A stretch of 64,000 nt of DNA, taken from Candidatus Sulfomarinibacteraceae bacterium (GTDB lineage Bacteria > Acidobacteriota > Thermoanaerobaculia > Thermoanaerobaculales > Sulfomarinibacteraceae). Under the pieces are notes generated by a model. The model made no database searches, was not told the origin of the DNA, and saw only the letters and a list, made by a program, of their open reading frames with translations. How positions within the stretch are numbered: the first letter of the stretch is position 1; every line of letters begins with the position of its first letter. Location: positions 448,001 through 512,000 of the forward strand of contig CAWCLO010000010.1 of assembly GCA_963796455.1 (NCBI GenBank), in the 5' to 3' direction. A program made the position numbers and the translations under genes. Shown here piece after piece: positions 11,101 through 20,797 of the stretch.

Positions 11101-11716
11101 ACATCCCAGCCCTTCGCCACTCGCTCCAGCCCGAGCGCCACACCAGCGCCATCACGCGACCGGTTCCACCATAGACCCTGAGCACTCTCATCCGCGAGTG
11201 GTGGTCGGTGAAATAGACCGAACAGGGGGTGGCCGTGCCTCTCGGAGTAAAAGTGATGATGTCGCCGCGACCGGCGCGGACAGGGTCGTCGATGTTGCCC
11301 CGCAATCGGCCGCGACCGGACGGGTCCGGCACGTACTCACCACGGAGGATGCCGAGTCCCGCCCCCGAGGCTTCGAAACGAAGCACCTCACCGACGATCG
11401 GATCGGTCATCGAACGGATATCCGCTCGGAGGATTCCGTCGCCATCCCCATCCGTAGCAATAAAACTCCGCCAGGAACCGTCATCTCTTCGTTCAAAAAC
11501 CACCGCATGGGCGTGGCCGTTCATCACGGCGTAGGCGCGGCAGCGAAAAAAGAGGCCGTGCATTCGTGCCGCTGCGCCGCTCAGGGCCGCCGCGCGGCTC
11601 GCCTCCGAAAGCGCCGGAAGCGTGATGGTCAGGATGAGCGCAATCACACCGAGGACCACGACCACCTCCACCAGAGACATTCCATAGTTCAACCCGCTAT
11701 TGAAACTCTTGTGCAC
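11099..11716 (-). CDS. GspH/FimT-like prepilin-type protein
   Basis: Class III signal G|MSLVEVVVVLGVIALIL; ARMHGLFFRCRAYAV helix; ITFTPRG..TPCSVY C-terminus. Confidence 0.82.
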   Translation of the reverse strand: MHKSFNSGLNYGMSLVEVVVVLGVIALILTITLPALSEASRAAALSGAAARMHGLFFRCRAYAVMNGHAHAVVFERRDDGSWRSFIATDGDGDGILRADIRSMTDPIVGEVLRFEASGAGLGILRGEYVPDPSGRGRLRGNIDDPVRAGRGDIITFTPRGTATPCSVYFTDHHSRMRVLRVYGGTGRVMALVWRSGWSEWRRAGM

Positions 11717-11809
11717 TCCGAAACCCCCGTTTCTACCTTCCTTCGTCTCTTAGGAGAGACACATCCATACTCGAGACCATGTTCTTTTCCTTTTCTGGTC
11801 ACGAAGGCC

Positions 11810-11835
11810 AAAAAAACGCGGCCCCGAAGGGCCGC
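11810..11835 (-). terminator. Intrinsic terminator downstream of comEA
   Basis: Minus strand reads GCGGCCC-TTCG-GGGCCGC-G-TTTTTTT. Confidence 0.85.
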
Positions 11836-11911
11836 ATCCCGTCCACGCTTTGTTTCAAGCCACCCGCGGTTGTTGGGGCCGACAGACCCCTTCCTGGGTG
11901 GCGGTTGATCA

Positions 11912-12253
11912 TCAGTCGGCAGCGTTCGCGCCGCCGGGCGAACGAGGCGATTCCACCTTTTCGGAAAGGGTGGTCGCGCCGCTGGTCACGATGTATGGTT
12001 CGAGCCTCTTGAACGAGCTGTCACCGATGCCCTTGACGGCGATGATCTCGTCGACCGAGCGAAACGGTCCGCTGGTCTCTCTGAACTCGATGATCCTCGT
12101 CGCCAGCGCCGGCCCGACTCGCGGCAGCAGCTGAAGCTGGTCCGCAGTTGCAGTGTTGATATTGACAACACCGGCGGTCGAAGCCGCGGTAGCTGCGGCA
12201 ACCATCGTCGCCAGCAGCAGAACCGCCAGAATTCTCAGATCCGATCTTTTCAT
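11912..12253 (-). CDS. comEA: ComEA family helix-hairpin-helix DNA-binding protein
   Basis: Signal peptide, then VNINTATADQLQLLPRVGPALA..IIEFRE..GPFRSVDEI..VKGIG. Confidence 0.9.
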   Translation of the reverse strand: MKRSDLRILAVLLLATMVAAATAASTAGVVNINTATADQLQLLPRVGPALATRIIEFRETSGPFRSVDEIIAVKGIGDSSFKRLEPYIVTSGATTLSEKVESPRSPGGANAAD

Positions 12254-12343
12254 TGTGGCTCCTTTCATTCGTGGTTGATATTCAAACCTGGGCCCGGTCA
12301 GTCGCCGTTCATGGGTGCCCCCTTTCGTACGACACCGCTAACG

Positions 12344-12358
12344 GCAAGCTCCGTGCCA
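12344..12358 (-). promoter_or_regulatory. Sigma54 (-24/-12) promoter for comEA
   Basis: Minus strand TGGCACG-GAGC-TTGC matches the consensus TGGCACG-N4-TTGC, ~90 nt upstream of the comEA start. Confidence 0.8.
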
Positions 12359-12522
12359 CCTTGGGGAATTCTTAGAAACTCTTTGTTTTCAGTATTTTGT
12401 GGTTCTTGGTTCGAATTGATCCCGAGATGGATCTGGAAAAACATTTTGTCAGTCCAGGCCGAAAGCCAGGCGCTATATGGTGTGAAGATTTTTTGTCAGT
12501 GTCCGGCTGTTATACTCCCCCG

Positions 12523-13182
12523 ATGGACGAGCTCATGAGGAAAACAGCAAGGCCCGAGGGCGACGAAACAGGCACCGAGCTGGTATTGGTGGTTTCTGGA
12601 GCATCCGGCAGTGTTCTCGCCACCACCTTCGCGGCTACCGCTCTGAAAAACCCCCTGGTTCGTTCCCTTCACCTCGTCATCACCGGCGCGGCCGCAAAGG
12701 TCCTGAAGCACGAACTCGGGCCGGAATGGGCGAGCGCCAAGGGCTTTCGCGAATCGCTCCCGGTCAGCGACGCGGAACGAAGTCGGCTACATACCTACCC
12801 CGACACCGAACTCACGGCGGCCATCGCTTCCGGATCGAAGGTCATCGGCGGCGTGGTTGTACTGCCTTGTTCGGCTGGCATGGTGGGAGCTCTGGCCAAC
12901 GGCATATCGCGCGGCCTCGCACAAAGAGTTGCCGACGTCGCTGTCAAACAACGATGGCCGCTGATCATCGGTATTCGCGAAACACCGATGTCGCCGATCC
13001 TTCTCGAAAACCTGCTCCGGCTGGCCCGCATTGGCGCCCACATCGTGCCGCCACTGCCCGCCTTTTACCTCAGTCCCGACGAGACCACTGCGCAGCGGGT
13101 GTTTCTCAATCACTACTGTATGCGGCTCCTCGATCTCCTCGGTCTGCCGTCGGACGACCAGGGTCTGCGATGGAAGGGGTGA
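12523..13182 (+). CDS. ubiX: UbiX family flavin prenyltransferase
   Basis: SGASG, IASGS, LPCSAG, RVADV..K, RETP and PPLPAFY motifs. Confidence 0.92.
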   Translation: MDELMRKTARPEGDETGTELVLVVSGASGSVLATTFAATALKNPLVRSLHLVITGAAAKVLKHELGPEWASAKGFRESLPVSDAERSRLHTYPDTELTAAIASGSKVIGGVVVLPCSAGMVGALANGISRGLAQRVADVAVKQRWPLIIGIRETPMSPILLENLLRLARIGAHIVPPLPAFYLSPDETTAQRVFLNHYCMRLLDLLGLPSDDQGLRWKG

Positions 13183-14060
13183 GGGAGACCGCGGCAACGA
13201 TTGCCGCAAATATTAGCGAAACAGCCGAGATGGTCGCGTTCAAACACACCGTTTTTGCTCTCCCTTTCGCAATCATCGCGCTCATTACAGCCACCGCGCC
13301 GGGTTGGCCCTCTCTATCGACCTGGCTCTGGGTGGGTGTGGCGATGGTGGCGGCCCGAACTGCAGCCATGTCCTTCAATCGACTGGTCGACCAGGGCATC
13401 GATGCGAAAAACCCCCGCACCAAAAATCGATCGCTTCCCGCTGGTCGCCTCAGCCGCAGGTTCGCGTGGACCACCACCGTGGTTTCGGCGCTCGTTTTTG
13501 TCATCGCCGCGGCGGAACTCAACCGGCTCTGCCTGGTGCTCAGCCTGCCGACTTTGGCCGTCCTCCTGGGTTACTCCTACAGCAAACGGTTCACCGCGGC
13601 GTCCCATCTCTGGCTCGGGATCGCCCTCGGCTTGGCGCCGGTTGGAGCATGGATTGCGGCCACCGGCCACCTCGGCTGGCCGGCCGTGGTGTTGGCGCTT
13701 GCGGTATGTTTCTGGGTCGCCGGCTTTGATGTCATCTACTCCCTCCAGGATGAGGTCTTTGATTCGAGGGCGGGTCTCCGGTCGATACCGGCGCGCCTCG
13801 GTGGACGACGCGCGCTCGTGCTCGCACGGTGCTTTCACGCTCTGGCATTGGCCGGCTTTTTCGCCTTCGCAATGGCCGCCGGCGGAGGGCCCATACGCCT
13901 GGCCGCGGTCGCCGCGGCAGCGGCCCTCCTGGCCTGGCAACACCGGCAGATCTCGGCCGAAGACCTCAGCGCGGTGGATGCGGCGTTCTTCACCGCCAAC
14001 GGCACACTGGCGGTCGTGATGTGTGCGGCCTTTGTGATCGCCCGAATTTTCGGCGGATGA
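13179..14060 (+). CDS. ubiA: UbiA-family prenyltransferase (MqnP-like)
   Basis: FKHTVFALPF, ARTAAMSFNRLVD..IDAKNPRT..R, YSYSKRFT, GFDVIYSLQD; GTGA overlap with ubiX. Confidence 0.88.
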   Translation: MRETAATIAANISETAEMVAFKHTVFALPFAIIALITATAPGWPSLSTWLWVGVAMVAARTAAMSFNRLVDQGIDAKNPRTKNRSLPAGRLSRRFAWTTTVVSALVFVIAAAELNRLCLVLSLPTLAVLLGYSYSKRFTAASHLWLGIALGLAPVGAWIAATGHLGWPAVVLALAVCFWVAGFDVIYSLQDEVFDSRAGLRSIPARLGGRRALVLARCFHALALAGFFAFAMAAGGGPIRLAAVAAAAALLAWQHRQISAEDLSAVDAAFFTANGTLAVVMCAAFVIARIFGG

Positions 14061-14104
14061 CGAGAGCCATGCTCCGCTGGGCCTGCTAAGATCGGCGAAG
14101 CCTG

Positions 14105-14761
14105 ATGAGCGGACGCAAGATTCCATTCCGACACATCGCCGTCGAGGGCCCGATCGGGGTCGGCAAGACCTCGCTCGTCCAGCTTCTCGCCGATCGATTC
14201 GAGGGGGTGATGGTACTCGAGGACATCACCAATCCCTTTTTGCCGTCGTTCTACGAGGGTCGCGAGGGCGCCGCCTTTCAGGTTCAGATCTACTTCCTGC
14301 TGTCGCGTTTTCAACAACAACGCGAGATCGCTCAGATGAATCTCTTCCAACGCCTTGTCCTGGCCGACTACAGCTTTCCAAAGGACCGCATCTTTGCCTA
14401 TCTGAACCTCGACGACACCGATCTCAGAGTCTACGAAAAGCTCTACCCGGTGCTCGATGTCGAGGTCCCGAAACCGGACCTCGTGATCTATATGCAGGCT
14501 TCGGTGCCGGTCCTCCTCGAGCGGATCAACAAACGGGCCCGCGATTTCGAGAGCACCATCGACCCGGAGTATCTGGAGCGTCTGAGCGAAGCCTATTCTT
14601 ATTACTTTTTTCACTACCGGGAGACGCCGCTGCTGGTGGTCAACACGGACGAGATCGATTTCGTCAACAACAGCGCCGATTTTGAGGCCTTCGTCGAACA
14701 GATCACCCGCAGCCACCGCGGCACGCAGGTGTACGTCCCGGTAGGGTCACAGCGCCCATAG
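14105..14761 (+). CDS. Deoxynucleoside kinase
   Basis: IAVEGPIGVGKT P-loop, NPFLPSFY, FQVQIYFLLSR, PDLVIY. Confidence 0.92.
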   Translation: MSGRKIPFRHIAVEGPIGVGKTSLVQLLADRFEGVMVLEDITNPFLPSFYEGREGAAFQVQIYFLLSRFQQQREIAQMNLFQRLVLADYSFPKDRIFAYLNLDDTDLRVYEKLYPVLDVEVPKPDLVIYMQASVPVLLERINKRARDFESTIDPEYLERLSEAYSYYFFHYRETPLLVVNTDEIDFVNNSADFEAFVEQITRSHRGTQVYVPVGSQRP

Positions 14762-14831
14762 ACTCTGCCGCGGACGCGGACACGGACAGGGGTTGAGACC
14801 GAGGCTGCCGGGGAGATCCAGCCATGCGGCA

Positions 14832-15016
14832 ACGTCGGAGTGACGTGGTGGCGGTTGGAAACGCAAAGACGCGAAGACGCGAAGAATACGCTAAGTTTTC
14901 CACAAACCCATCAGACAATACCTTCGCGTCCTTCGCGTCCTTCGCGTCTTCGCGTTTTCAACGAGTATCAAGCGAGGTCGAATTGGTAAGAGAAGGTTTC
15001 ACGGCTCAAATCGCCC
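14832..15016. repeat. Intergenic palindromic repeat element, copy 1
   Basis: ACGCAAAGACGCGAAGACGCGAAG...CTTCGCGTCCTTCGCGTCTTCGCGT internal inverted repeat; termini shared with 16510-16686. Confidence 0.8.
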
Positions 15017-15086
15017 AGACACGTTGACGGGTCCTGTTCCTGCCCGATGGCGCGCGACCTGCCCCTATGACCGATCGGCAGGTTGC

Positions 15087-15138
15087 TCTCCCTTTCCCCC
15101 GTTCCCCGTTTCTCCCTTTCTCCCTTTCTCCCTTTCTC
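15087..15138. repeat. Degenerate (TCTCCCTT)n tandem repeat, copy 2
   Basis: Directly visible. Confidence 0.8.
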
Positions 15139-15174
15139 ATCCAGACTGCTATAGTGCCCCGCTGAGGAGAAAAC

Positions 15175-16458
15175 ATGCTCGCCCGAGACCTTTTTCGCAG
15201 CCACCCCGACCGTGTTCGCTTGATGCTCGACCAACGGCACACCGAAGCGCCCCTCGATCATCTGCTCGAAATCGATGGCGAGTGGAGAACGGTGCTAGTC
15301 GATGTCGAAGAAAAGAAAGCCCGCCGTAACGTCGGTTCGAAGGAGATCGGCGGTCTCTATCGCGACGGCCGGCAGGATGAGGCGGAAGCAAAGAAACTCG
15401 AGATGTCCGCCCTGGGTGAGGAAATCAAGGCGCTCGAGGACCGTGCCCGAGAACTCGAAGGGACCCTCGGCGGGCTCGAGCTCACGATTCCAAACATCTT
15501 CGATCCAAGCGTGCCTCTCGGCAAGGATGAAGAATCAAATCGTGTCGAACGCGCGTGGGGCGACCGGCCGGTCTTCGATTTTGAACCCCAGGCCCATTGG
15601 GATCTCGGCCCCGATCTCGGTATCGTCGATTTCGAGCGCGCAGCCAAGATCGCTTCGAGCCGATTCGCTGTGCTCCGCGGAGCAGGGGCCGCTCTCGAAA
15701 GGGCTCTGATCGCCTACATGCTCGATCTCCACATCCACGAACACGGCTATGCCGAAGTGATTCCGCCATACCTGGTGAATTCCACATCCCTTTACGGCAC
15801 CGGACAATTGCCGAAATTTGCGGACGATCTCTTCCACGTCGAGGGCGCCGATCTCTATATGGTGCCAACCGCCGAGGTGCCCCTCACCAACCTGCACCGC
15901 GACGAGACCATCTCCGAGGCAGATCTGCCGATCAGATACTGCGCCGCGACGCCTTGCTTCCGAGCCGAGGCGGGCTCCCATGGCCGCGATGTCCGCGGCC
16001 TCATCCGCCAGCATCAGTTTCACAAGGTCGAGTTGGTCGATTTCGCCCACCCGGAGACTTCGTGGGATCTGCTCGAAGAAATCACATCCCATGCCGAAAA
16101 GACCCTGCAGGGCCTCGGTCTCCCCTATCGGGTGGTGAGTCTGTCCAGCGGTGATCTCGGGTTTTCGGCGGCCAAAACCTATGATCTCGAGGTTTGGCTG
16201 CCGGCGATGGACTGTTACCGCGAGATCTCCTCCTGTTCCAACTTCACCGATTTCCAGGCACGCCGCGCCCACCTCCGCTACCGTCCGGCGGATGGCGGCA
16301 AGACCCGCCTCCTCCACACCTTGAATGGCTCGGCCCTGGCCGCCGGAAGAACCATGGTTGCGGTGCTCGAGAACTACCAGCGGGCCGATGGTTCGGTGGT
16401 CGTGCCCGAGGTACTCCGCCCCTACATGCACGGTCTCGAACTCATCGAACCACAGTAG
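15175..16458 (+). CDS. serS: Serine--tRNA ligase
   Basis: [36 protein letters not shown] and HTLNGS motifs; SD GAGGAG. Confidence 0.98.
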   Translation: MLARDLFRSHPDRVRLMLDQRHTEAPLDHLLEIDGEWRTVLVDVEEKKARRNVGSKEIGGLYRDGRQDEAEAKKLEMSALGEEIKALEDRARELEGTLGGLELTIPNIFDPSVPLGKDEESNRVERAWGDRPVFDFEPQAHWDLGPDLGIVDFERAAKIASSRFAVLRGAGAALERALIAYMLDLHIHEHGYAEVIPPYLVNSTSLYGTGQLPKFADDLFHVEGADLYMVPTAEVPLTNLHRDETISEADLPIRYCAATPCFRAEAGSHGRDVRGLIRQHQFHKVELVDFAHPETSWDLLEEITSHAEKTLQGLGLPYRVVSLSSGDLGFSAAKTYDLEVWLPAMDCYREISSCSNFTDFQARRAHLRYRPADGGKTRLLHTLNGSALAAGRTMVAVLENYQRADGSVVVPEVLRPYMHGLELIEPQ

Positions 16459-16509
16459 AGCCTTTCGTTAGATCGAAGACCGACAACCGGGAAATCATTA
16501 CAAGCAGCT

Positions 16510-16686
16510 ACGTCGGTGTGACGTGGTGGTGGTTGGAAACGCCAAGCCGCAAAGAGCGCCAAGAAAGCGCGAAGCTCTGAACAAAACCATCAAAAAATTT
16601 CTTTGCGGTCTTTGCGTCTTCGCGTTTTTTACGCAGATCAAGCTGTTGTTAACCTGTACTGGACGTGAAGGCGGCTCAAATCGCCC
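16510..16686. repeat. Intergenic palindromic repeat element, copy 2
   Basis: Starts ACGTCGGTGTGACGTGGTGGTGGTTGGAAACGC and ends CGGCTCAAATCGCCC like copy 1; internal CGCAAAGA/TCTTTGCG inverted repeats. Confidence 0.8.
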
Positions 16687-16770
16687 GCACTCGTTTCCGA
16701 ATCCGTCTCCCTACCCGATGGTTCACGACCAAGCCCTCATCCCACGCAGGAAACGGGCGGCTGACGAAAC

Positions 16771-17346
16771 CTAGGACACCGGCGGCAATTCCAATTGGTC
16801 GGCGATGGTGGCCATGGCATTGCGCACGAACTCGATGTGCTCACCAAGCTCGACACCAAGATCCTCGGCTCCGTTGCGGACATCATCCCGGTTGACACCG
16901 CGGGCAAAGGCCTTGTCCTTGAGCTTTTTTTTGACCGACTTGGTCTTGACCTCGGCGATCGCCTTGTCCGGCCGCACCAGGGCGCAGGCGGTCAAAAACC
17001 CGGAAAGTTCATCCACCGCAAAAAGCGTCTTGGCGACCAGGGTGTCTCGCGAAAGACCCATATAGTCAGCATGGGAGGCGATCGTCTGAACCCATTCCTC
17101 GGGCCAGCCGCGTTCGCGAAGGATGGCGCAACCGACGTGGAGGTGGGTTTCTTCGGTCGGGTTCTGTTGATAGTCAAAATCGTGCACCAGACCGATGATG
17201 CCCCACACCTCTTCGTCTTCGCCCGAGGACTTCGCATAGGCGCGCATGGCGGCCTCAACACCGAGGGCGTGCTTGATCAGGCTCGGGTTGTCGGTGTACT
17301 CGTTCAACAACGCCCAGGCATCTTCACGGGTCGGTGTGTCGCTCAT
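16771..17346 (-). CDS. HD/HDIG domain metal-dependent phosphohydrolase
   Basis: KH...VEAAM, GLVHDFDY, LFAVDELSGF, KKLKDKAFARGVNR. Confidence 0.85.
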   Translation of the reverse strand: MSDTPTREDAWALLNEYTDNPSLIKHALGVEAAMRAYAKSSGEDEEVWGIIGLVHDFDYQQNPTEETHLHVGCAILRERGWPEEWVQTIASHADYMGLSRDTLVAKTLFAVDELSGFLTACALVRPDKAIAEVKTKSVKKKLKDKAFARGVNRDDVRNGAEDLGVELGEHIEFVRNAMATIADQLELPPVS

Positions 17347-17503
17347 TGCCCCTCCGTCGGGAGAGTATAGCCTCCTCCCGAGTCCGCGTCCGCGCCCGTG
17401 TCCCTGTCCGTACCCCCGAATTCAGGTGTTCGCCGCTTCCCCTCGGGTCCGTTTGCCTTTCCAGGAACGAATCCTGGTGAAAATCAAGACTGGGCTCAGA
17501 AAT

Positions 17504-17555
17504 TTACTCATTTTGCGTAATTTGTCTTGACTTTGTTAGAATTTAGCCGCAAAAT
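17504..17555 (+). promoter_or_regulatory. Sigma70-type promoter of glnA with an upstream imperfect palindrome
   Basis: TTGACT (17527-32), 17 nt, CAAAAT (17550-55); TTACTCA-TTT-TGCGTAA at 17504-17520. Confidence 0.6.
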
Positions 17556-17585
17556 TTACCAAACGATACTCCAGGAGGCTTCAAA

Positions 17586-18917
17586 TTGCCAAATTCGCCC
17601 AATGACATCCTCGGTCTGGCCAAAGAACAAAAAGTTCATTTCATGCGCCTCCAGTTCACCGACATCGACGGCATCATCAAAAACGTCGAGGTCCCGGAAA
17701 GCCAGTTTCAAAAGGCCCTCGACGGCCAGATCATGTTTGACGGTTCGTCCATCGAGGGTTTTACCCGCATCGAAGAGTCGGACATGTTATTGGTGCCGGA
17801 TCTCGACACCTTTCAGGTCTTTCCGTGGGAGACCGGTCAGGGCAAGGTCTGCCGTCTGATCTGTGATATCGCCACCCCGGATGGTGAGCCCTTTGCCGGT
17901 TGTCCCCGTGGTGCTCTCAAGCGTGTTGTCGCCAAGGCGAAATCCATGGGCTACGAGTTGATGGCCGGACCGGAAGCCGAGTTCTTCCTGTTCCAACGCG
18001 ATGCCAACGGTTCCGCGATCCCATCCACCCACGACACCGGGGGATATTTCGATCTCAGCCCGCGAGACCTCGGTGAAGAAGCCCGACGGGACATCACCCT
18101 CGTGCTCGAGGCGATGGGCCTCGAGGTCGAGGCGGCCCACCACGAGGTCGCCCCCGGGCAACACGAGATCGACTTCAAGTACGGAGAAGCCGTTGCCACC
18201 GCCGACGCGGTCGTGACCTTTCGTTTCGTGGTCAAGAAGGTCGCGCTCATGCACGGTCTGCACGCGACCTTCATGCCGAAGCCCCTGGCCGGTGTCAACG
18301 GTTCAGGCATGCACGTCCACCAGTCGCTCTTCACCTCCGATGGGGAGAACGCCTTTTATGATGCCGACGGCCCGTGGGAGATCTCTCAGGTCGGCCAATC
18401 CTATATCGGCGGACTGCTTGAACACGCCCGCGCATTTGTCGCCCTGACCAACCCGTTGGTGAACTCCTACAAACGTCTGGTGCCCGGATACGAAGCGCCG
18501 GTCAACGTGGCCTGGTCGGAGAAGAACCGGTCACCGATGATTCGCGTTCCCGCCCGCCGCGGTGTCGGCACGCGTTGCGAAGTCCGGATCCCCGACCCCG
18601 CATGCAACCCCTATCTGGCCTTTGCCGCCATGCTCGCTTCGGGTCTCGACGGTGTCGAGCGCGGGCTCGAGTGCGGCGAGCCGGTCAACCGCAATATCTG
18701 GGACATGAGTCAGCGTGAAAAGAAACGCCTCAAGATCCACGAACTTCCCGCCAGCCTCGACGAGGCCCTCGATTTCCTCGAGAAGGACAAACTCTTGCGC
18801 GAAGCGCTCGGCGATCACATCTTCGACCATTTCATCTTCAACAAACGGACCGAATGGTCGGATTACATCAAGGAAATCCACCAGTGGGAGCTCGACCGAT
18901 ATCTCGATCGTTACTGA
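17586..18917 (+). CDS. glnA: Glutamine synthetase type I
   Basis: FDGSSIEGF, HHEVAPGQHEI, TFMPKP, NGSGMH and NSYKRLVPGYEAP motifs; TTG start after GGAGG. Confidence 0.97.
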   Translation: MPNSPNDILGLAKEQKVHFMRLQFTDIDGIIKNVEVPESQFQKALDGQIMFDGSSIEGFTRIEESDMLLVPDLDTFQVFPWETGQGKVCRLICDIATPDGEPFAGCPRGALKRVVAKAKSMGYELMAGPEAEFFLFQRDANGSAIPSTHDTGGYFDLSPRDLGEEARRDITLVLEAMGLEVEAAHHEVAPGQHEIDFKYGEAVATADAVVTFRFVVKKVALMHGLHATFMPKPLAGVNGSGMHVHQSLFTSDGENAFYDADGPWEISQVGQSYIGGLLEHARAFVALTNPLVNSYKRLVPGYEAPVNVAWSEKNRSPMIRVPARRGVGTRCEVRIPDPACNPYLAFAAMLASGLDGVERGLECGEPVNRNIWDMSQREKKRLKIHELPASLDEALDFLEKDKLLREALGDHIFDHFIFNKRTEWSDYIKEIHQWELDRYLDRY

Positions 18918-18940
18918 TTACAGCGCTCATCGAGAGCAGG

Positions 18941-18965
18941 CCCCGCCAACCCGGCGGGGTTTTTT
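18941..18965 (+). terminator. Intrinsic terminator after glnA
   Basis: CCCCGCC-AACCC-GGCGGGG-TTTTTT. Confidence 0.85.
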
Positions 18966-19087
18966 CGGTCTGGTGTTACATCCCTGTAACGCAACACGGC
19001 CACCACCGGTTCTCTGAAGAGATCCTTCCCTGATATTCAAACGGTTTGCTTACAATATTTTAGGGCTCGAGATCCACGGCGAAGCCG

Positions 19088-19102
19088 TGGCACATATATT
19101 GC
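19088..19102 (+). promoter_or_regulatory. Sigma54 (-24/-12) promoter for the CMK-like/DASS/carbonic anhydrase operon
   Basis: TGGCAC-ATATA-TTGC; AT-rich IHF-like tract at ~19032-19062; palindrome GTTACA-TCCC-TGTAAC at 18975-18990. Confidence 0.75.
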
Positions 19103-19369
19103 GAGCTTTTCAGTCGGCCCCGGTGCCGCGGACGACCCGCTCCCGAAACAGGGTGGGGTCATCCCTCCGACACGAGGCGTGATTGGTGCTATCAAATAAA
19201 CTCCGCGCCCCATCTGCGAGGCTGCATCGCGTTCCCGGCGCGACACGGGTATCGAGCGCCAACAACCCTGTTCTCGAGCCGAGCGCGAATCCTTCCTTCA
19301 CGGCCAGGGCGTACACTGGTCCGACAACCGGTCTCGGACCGGAGAGTTTGCAGCGGGGGTGACGAGTAC

Positions 19370-20797
19370 ATGTCCATCATTACCATCTCACGAGGATCCT
19401 TTTCTGGAGGCGCCCAACTCGCGGAGGAGCTGCACGAACGGCTTGGCTGGAAAAACCTGAGCCAGGAGGATGTCTCCGCAGCCGGCGCCCAGGCCTACCG
19501 GATCACCGAGCAGGAGCTCTTTCGCGGCCTCTATCTCCCGGCCAACTTCTTCGAACGCTTTACCCACCGAAAGACCCGCTATCTCCTGGCCACACAGGCC
19601 ATCGTCACCGAACTGCTGCCGGACGGTGACGGCATCTACCACGGTCTCGCGGGTCAGTTTCTTTTTGCCGATCTCTGCAACGCCTTCAAAGTCAGGATCG
19701 TCGCACCGATGGATTTCAGAATCCAGACTGCGATGCGTCGCCTCAGCCTCACTCGGGACGAGGCGGTGCGCCACATCCGAGACGCCGACGAACACCGTCT
19801 GCGGTGGAGTCGACAGATCTTTGACGCCGACATCAAAGACCCCGCCCTGTACGACCTGGTCGTCAGTCTCGAGTCGGTCAATATCGAGACAGCCGCCGAC
19901 ATGATCGCCGAGATCATGGAGAGCGACGACCACCGCCCGACACCGCAGTGTGTGCAGGACTACCGGGACTTCGCCCTCGAACGAAGGGTCCGGGCTGAGT
20001 TGTTTTTCAATTCACCATTCACACCGGACATCACCGAGATCACGGTCAAGGACGGCGAGGTCTCTCTGACCGGTGACAAAGCCTTCCGGACAGCCCGGGA
20101 GCCCCTCGTGGAGTTCGTCGGCAAGATCCGTGGCGTCGAGACCATCCGGACCGATCTGGGAACGACTGACGCGATTGAGTTCTCGGTCGACGATGATTTC
20201 GCCCTGTCCTCCAAAGACGCGACGGCGCGCGATGTCATGCTACCGCCTGAACAGTATCCTCACTGCCATACAAACTGCACCATGCGTGAGTCGATCGTGG
20301 CACTCAGCGCATCGGCCGTCAAACTCGAGGACGGCCACATCATGCTGCCCCGATATGTTTTGGTTCTCGACGACGACGATCAACTGGTCGGCGTGGTCAG
20401 CCGCCGCGAGCTGCTCAAGGGTTTGATTCCACATCTCATCGAGGACCGCGAGACCGCGGCCCACATCAAGGAGTTGGTGCCCTTTGGCGGCCAGATGCCG
20501 AGTGAGGTCTTCATCCGCTGGACCTCTCTCTTTTCGCGGGCCGCCATCGAGGCCTCGAAGGAATCCATCAAATCGGTCATGGTGCCGATCAAGGGAACCG
20601 TTCAGGTTGATGATTCACTGTCAACCGTCATTACCACGATGCTCCACTACGGCATCGATCTGGTGGCCGTCCTGGATGGAAAAAAGGTCGCGGGTGTGGT
20701 TCTGATGACCAATATCTTCGATATCGTCGCGCAGTTTGTCATGGAGCACGGCTCGAAGCCGACACTGTCCTCATCGGAGGTCCCGACCGATGGCTGA
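19370..20797 (+). CDS. Cytidylate kinase-like / BON-like / CBS-pair fusion protein
   Basis: IITISRGSFSGG and DPALYDLVV (Cytidylate_kin2-like); ITVKDGEVSLTG (BON-like); TARDVM..VLVLDDDDQLVGVVSRRELL and IKSVM..VAGVV (CBS pair). Confidence 0.8.
   Translation: MSIITISRGSFSGGAQLAEELHERLGWKNLSQEDVSAAGAQAYRITEQELFRGLYLPANFFERFTHRKTRYLLATQAIVTELLPDGDGIYHGLAGQFLFADLCNAFKVRIVAPMDFRIQTAMRRLSLTRDEAVRHIRDADEHRLRWSRQIFDADIKDPALYDLVVSLESVNIETAADMIAEIMESDDHRPTPQCVQDYRDFALERRVRAELFFNSPFTPDITEITVKDGEVSLTGDKAFRTAREPLVEFVGKIRGVETIRTDLGTTDAIEFSVDDDFALSSKDATARDVMLPPEQYPHCHTNCTMRESIVALSASAVKLEDGHIMLPRYVLVLDDDDQLVGVVSRRELLKGLIPHLIEDRETAAHIKELVPFGGQMPSEVFIRWTSLFSRAAIEASKESIKSVMVPIKGTVQVDDSLSTVITTMLHYGIDLVAVLDGKKVAGVVLMTNIFDIVAQFVMEHGSKPTLSSSEVPTDG

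Noticed and set aside
14832..15170. T-box riboswitch upstream of serS
   Set aside because: No T-box consensus (GGTGGNACCGCG) or terminator-antiterminator was found. The same element recurs downstream of serS, and a -10 box lies just before the SD.
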